Shown here piece after piece: positions 55,320 to 58,217 of a stretch of 58,217 nt of DNA (positions are counted from its first letter, which is position 1; every line of letters begins with the position of its first letter). The notes below the pieces were generated by a model. That model did no database searches and was not told the origin of the DNA. It worked only from the letters and a program-made list of their open reading frames with translations. Source of the stretch: Candidatus Hermodarchaeota archaeon (GTDB taxonomy: Archaea; Asgardarchaeota; Hermodarchaeia; Hermodarchaeales; Hermodarchaeaceae); NCBI GenBank assembly GCA_016839365.1, contig JAEOUH010000063.1:1-58217 (forward strand). Reading direction: 5' to 3'. A program made the translations under genes and the position numbers.

Positions 55320-56309
55320 TTACCCTCGTTTTTCTGCATGTATCTTGAAGCTATTCCGAGTGGCCACGACACCAATTGCTAGTCCAATAACGACTAGCGC
55401 TAGGGATAAGAACGAATAGTCCGGTGCGAGTAGTAGTGCAACAAGGTAGGTTCCGATGGTTCCAATGAGCACTCCTATGAGGCTCAACACGAACATAGTG
55501 GCCCGATAGCTTGCAGAGATGGGAACTTCACCTTTCAGAATTTTCTTCGTATGCCCGTCAATACCGACACGATAAGTCTCAGTACCAAACTGGTAGCGGA
55601 CAAGCCAATGCGGAACATGCAACAGGTATGAGCCTGTCTTGTTGATCCGACTGTGGCAGTCCCAGATCTTTGTTGCCCGGGAATCGGCACGGCTGCGATG
55701 ATCTTGGGCAATATACGTTTCGGCAATCTCGTAGGCATCATCGTCGGTGAGTTCGCTATTCAAAAAGAGGGGCTTTTCCTCCACGGCTGTGATTGCATTG
55801 TAATCAAAGGGTTGGATTCCCCTCTTAGTCACATTTAGTGCCTTGTCCAATTCGCCCAGACTGTAGAAGGTAGCGCCCCGTCGACATAAGACATTCACCG
55901 AACGATTTTCGTCGAATTGACCCTGGATGGGTTCATATTCGATTTTAGTTCGTGAACGCCGTTTCCCTTGTGAGTCAGTGTAGTATTCGGTTTCGCGGTG
56001 CTCCTTATACCCCTGATACGAGGTAAACGCATGCATCGATTCCACCCAAAAGGGTACAAATCGCAAATGTGACTCTGTCACTCGGGCTTTGCCACCTCGA
56101 CCCACCCACTCAGTAACCATATCGCGGATTTCACCCGCAGATAGCGTAGGCTCCAAGGCAAAGTGGTTCTCAACTTTCTCCCCCTCAACTGTGGTCGTAA
56201 AACCACAATACCCACAAACGAGAATCACATCATCAGGGCTAACTGTGAGGGGGGCGTTGCAGGATTGGCACTTAAGAGCAGTCATGGTTTCAATTGGCTG
56301 TGTTGCCAC
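55320..56309 (-). CDS. Zn-ribbon membrane protein (YdjG-like), paralog 2
   Basis: CQSCNA...CGYCGF, FVPFW, HVPHW, 'IDGHT', two C-terminal TM segments. GGAGG SD. Confidence 0.8.
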   Translation of the reverse strand: MATQPIETMTALKCQSCNAPLTVSPDDVILVCGYCGFTTTVEGEKVENHFALEPTLSAGEIRDMVTEWVGRGGKARVTESHLRFVPFWVESMHAFTSYQGYKEHRETEYYTDSQGKRRSRTKIEYEPIQGQFDENRSVNVLCRRGATFYSLGELDKALNVTKRGIQPFDYNAITAVEEKPLFLNSELTDDDAYEIAETYIAQDHRSRADSRATKIWDCHSRINKTGSYLLHVPHWLVRYQFGTETYRVGIDGHTKKILKGEVPISASYRATMFVLSLIGVLIGTIGTYLVALLLAPDYSFLSLALVVIGLAIGVVATRNSFKIHAEKRG

Positions 56310-56445
56310 AAATGCTTCCTCCTTGTCCTGACATTAGCTAGAATGCCTTTAACAGTTTCCTCTCATTTTCCTTCGGTTTTGATTTCTTACGGCATATTGA
56401 ATGGTGGACAGAAACCTGAAAAGGTTTGATGGACTAGGCTTCTTG

Positions 56446-57255
56446 GTGAATACTTTGGCTACAATTCGTGACGGTGACCAAGTGCTCTTTTATCTTGATA
56501 CCCGGCGTCATTGGCTGCTCCGCGTAGAAGCGGGCAAATCCTTTCATCTTCATCGGGGCATCCTCAAATTTGATGAGGTAATCGGTCAGCCCTTTGGGAG
56601 CCTAACCAAGACCTCTCTTGGCGTTCATGTATCTGCATTGAAACCACTGCCCAGGGATCAGGCTGTAAAAATGGGAAGGCAAACCAATATTGTGTATCCT
56701 AAGGATGCTGGGTTGATTTTGTTGCTTGCAGGGATTGGGCCAGGATCTGTAGTAGTTGAAGCAGGGACAGGAAGTGGGGCACTCACCTCCATCCTTGGTC
56801 ATCATGTAGCTCCCTCGGGGCGCGTTATTTCTTATGAAGTGCGAGAGGATTTCGCTAAGGAGGCGCAAAAAAACATCGCGAAAATCGGTCTTGGCGACAT
56901 CGTCACAATCAAACAACAGGACGTTCTGGCAGGTATAGACGAAACTGAAGTTGATGCAGTGGTGCTCGATATGGCGGTGCCATGGGACGTGGTGCCATTG
57001 GCTTATGAGGCCTTGTATGGAGGAGGAGTGCTTGTATCATTTTCCCCAACCATTGAGCAAACTCAACGTACAGTTGATGCGATCTATGCTTCTTACTTTA
57101 CCGAAATCATGACACGTGAACTCATTGAACGGGAAATTCTTGTTCGTCCGGGAAAAACTAGACCCGCCACTCGGATGATTGGGCATACTGGATATCTCAC
57201 CTCAGCTAGAAAGGTGTATCCGCTGAAAAAGTCAAACCTAGCGGCAGAAACCTAA
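56446..57255 (+). CDS. trmI: tRNA (adenine-N1)-methyltransferase TrmI/Trm61
   Basis: 'RQTNIVYPKD', EAGTGSG, 'LDMAVPW', 'FSPTIEQ', 'RP...MIGHTGYL'. Exact start uncertain. Confidence 0.93.
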   Translation: MNTLATIRDGDQVLFYLDTRRHWLLRVEAGKSFHLHRGILKFDEVIGQPFGSLTKTSLGVHVSALKPLPRDQAVKMGRQTNIVYPKDAGLILLLAGIGPGSVVVEAGTGSGALTSILGHHVAPSGRVISYEVREDFAKEAQKNIAKIGLGDIVTIKQQDVLAGIDETEVDAVVLDMAVPWDVVPLAYEALYGGGVLVSFSPTIEQTQRTVDAIYASYFTEIMTRELIEREILVRPGKTRPATRMIGHTGYLTSARKVYPLKKSNLAAET

Positions 57256-57297
57256 TATGCGCTCATATCTCCGACGCTAGGACCTATTACTAAAGGT

Positions 57298-57783
57298 CTA
57301 ATCGAGTGAAGCGCCACAGTGGTGACAAAACCGGGCTTCAGCTGTGGGGACTGGTGAACCACAGCTAGCACAGAATTTTGCGGTAGCGCCAGGCGTTGCT
57401 TTTACTTCATGAGGCGCCAGTTTTGCTGGGACTGCCGCAAGAATTGGGTCAAGGAGCGAGTTGTTAATTGTTCGTTCGCCACTGCCGTGCTCAGGGCACT
57501 GGATGTTTACATTTGTTGAAAGATTGCCTGCTCGTTGGCCAACGATTTCAACGGGTTGTCCACATTTCTTGCAGATAAGGATATGTTCTCGGATTAGATC
57601 GCTAGTCTTCTCGTAACGGCTTACTGGCATTGAATATACAACTTCAGCGGTGTGCACTGGGCAGGTCATGTAGAGTTTGACGTTATTGGGATTGGGTTTA
57701 CTCACTCGATTAACGGTGCGTGGTCGACCACAACGTCGACAGTGGAGTTTTTGTTGAAGTTCATCTTGGGACATAAGGGTCAC
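57298..57783 (-). CDS. Multi-zinc-ribbon protein
   Basis: Two CxxC...CPxH units (CRRC/CPVH, CKKC/CPEH) plus C-terminal FCASCG...FCHHCG. Confidence 0.75.
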   Translation of the reverse strand: MTLMSQDELQQKLHCRRCGRPRTVNRVSKPNPNNVKLYMTCPVHTAEVVYSMPVSRYEKTSDLIREHILICKKCGQPVEIVGQRAGNLSTNVNIQCPEHGSGERTINNSLLDPILAAVPAKLAPHEVKATPGATAKFCASCGSPVPTAEARFCHHCGASLD

Positions 57784-57910
57784 GCTCTTAGTTCCAATAT
57801 CGAAAATGCAGGCTTATAAAAACTTGTAACTGAGGGGGAAGCAGAAAATTCTTACTGAGAAATCATTATCTAGCCCAGTAAGTATCCATGAGCAGCAGGT
57901 GCAGGGTGTT

Positions 57911-58217
57911 ATGAATCCGTCCACAGCTCATTCTTTTCCCGTTACTCCACGAATGGTCCTCCAGGCTCGCAAACGTTTAGACGGCATCATCTCACATACC
58001 CCCGTTTCGCCTTCTCCGAATCTGGAGGAGGTGGCGGGAGCTGCAGTATTTGTGAAGTGGGAGTGTCAACAACGCACTGGGGTATTCAAGCTTCGGGGCG
58101 CTTACAACAAGATTGCTTCACTCCCTGAGGAAACTGCAAAGCGGGGAGTGATTACAGCCTCTACTGGTAACCATGCGCTTGCAGTGGCCTATGCTGCCCA
58201 ACAACGGCATGTCCCAG
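57911..58217 (+). CDS. PLP-dependent threonine/serine dehydratase family, 3'-truncated by window edge
   Basis: Hand translation: ...HTP...VFVKWECQQRTGVFKLRGAYN...GVITASTGNHA. It has the PLP lysine motif FKxRG and the S-x-GNH motif. Confidence 0.88.
   Translation, partial: MNPSTAHSFPVTPRMVLQARKRLDGIISHTPVSPSPNLEEVAGAAVFVKWECQQRTGVFKLRGAYNKIASLPEETAKRGVITASTGNHALAVAYAAQQRHVP

Noticed and set aside
1-58217. Selenocysteine/pyrrolysine readthrough, frameshifted pseudogenes, transposases, prophage
   Set aside because: All recognised genes appear full length with ordinary Cys motifs, and no mobile-element or viral hallmark proteins were seen.

Overview
A gene-dense, intact stretch of an archaeal chromosome, with about 60 CDS and no rRNA, tRNA, CRISPR array, integrase or transposase that I can see. 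Class I LysRS, Alba, PDCD5, TrmI, an archaeal SSB-type OB fold and an IPGF-TM-basic sorting tail indicate an archaeon. The eukaryote-like proteins suggest an Asgard lineage (inference). The most notable items are: (1) a protein with a near-complete E2F/DP winged-helix signature (KRRLYD); (2) a clustered bacillithiol-type pathway (bshA, bshB1, and a divergent bshC with a four-Cys insertion) in an archaeon; (3) a coiled-coil/polyproline/C-terminal-helix protein laid out like an actin regulator; (4) an AT-rich patch whose genes are separated by degenerate TCACA-N3-TGTGA repeats about 775 bp apart; (5) an SPFH plus zinc-ribbon membrane module; (6) an iron/oxidative-stress cluster with an unannotated 42-aa desulforedoxin-like gene and a shared palindrome; (7) a GNAT-SSB fusion; (8) a structured intergenic element at about 1410-1690. 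All calls come from motif recognition by eye and no searches were run. Several start codons were moved downstream of the ORF-track start.
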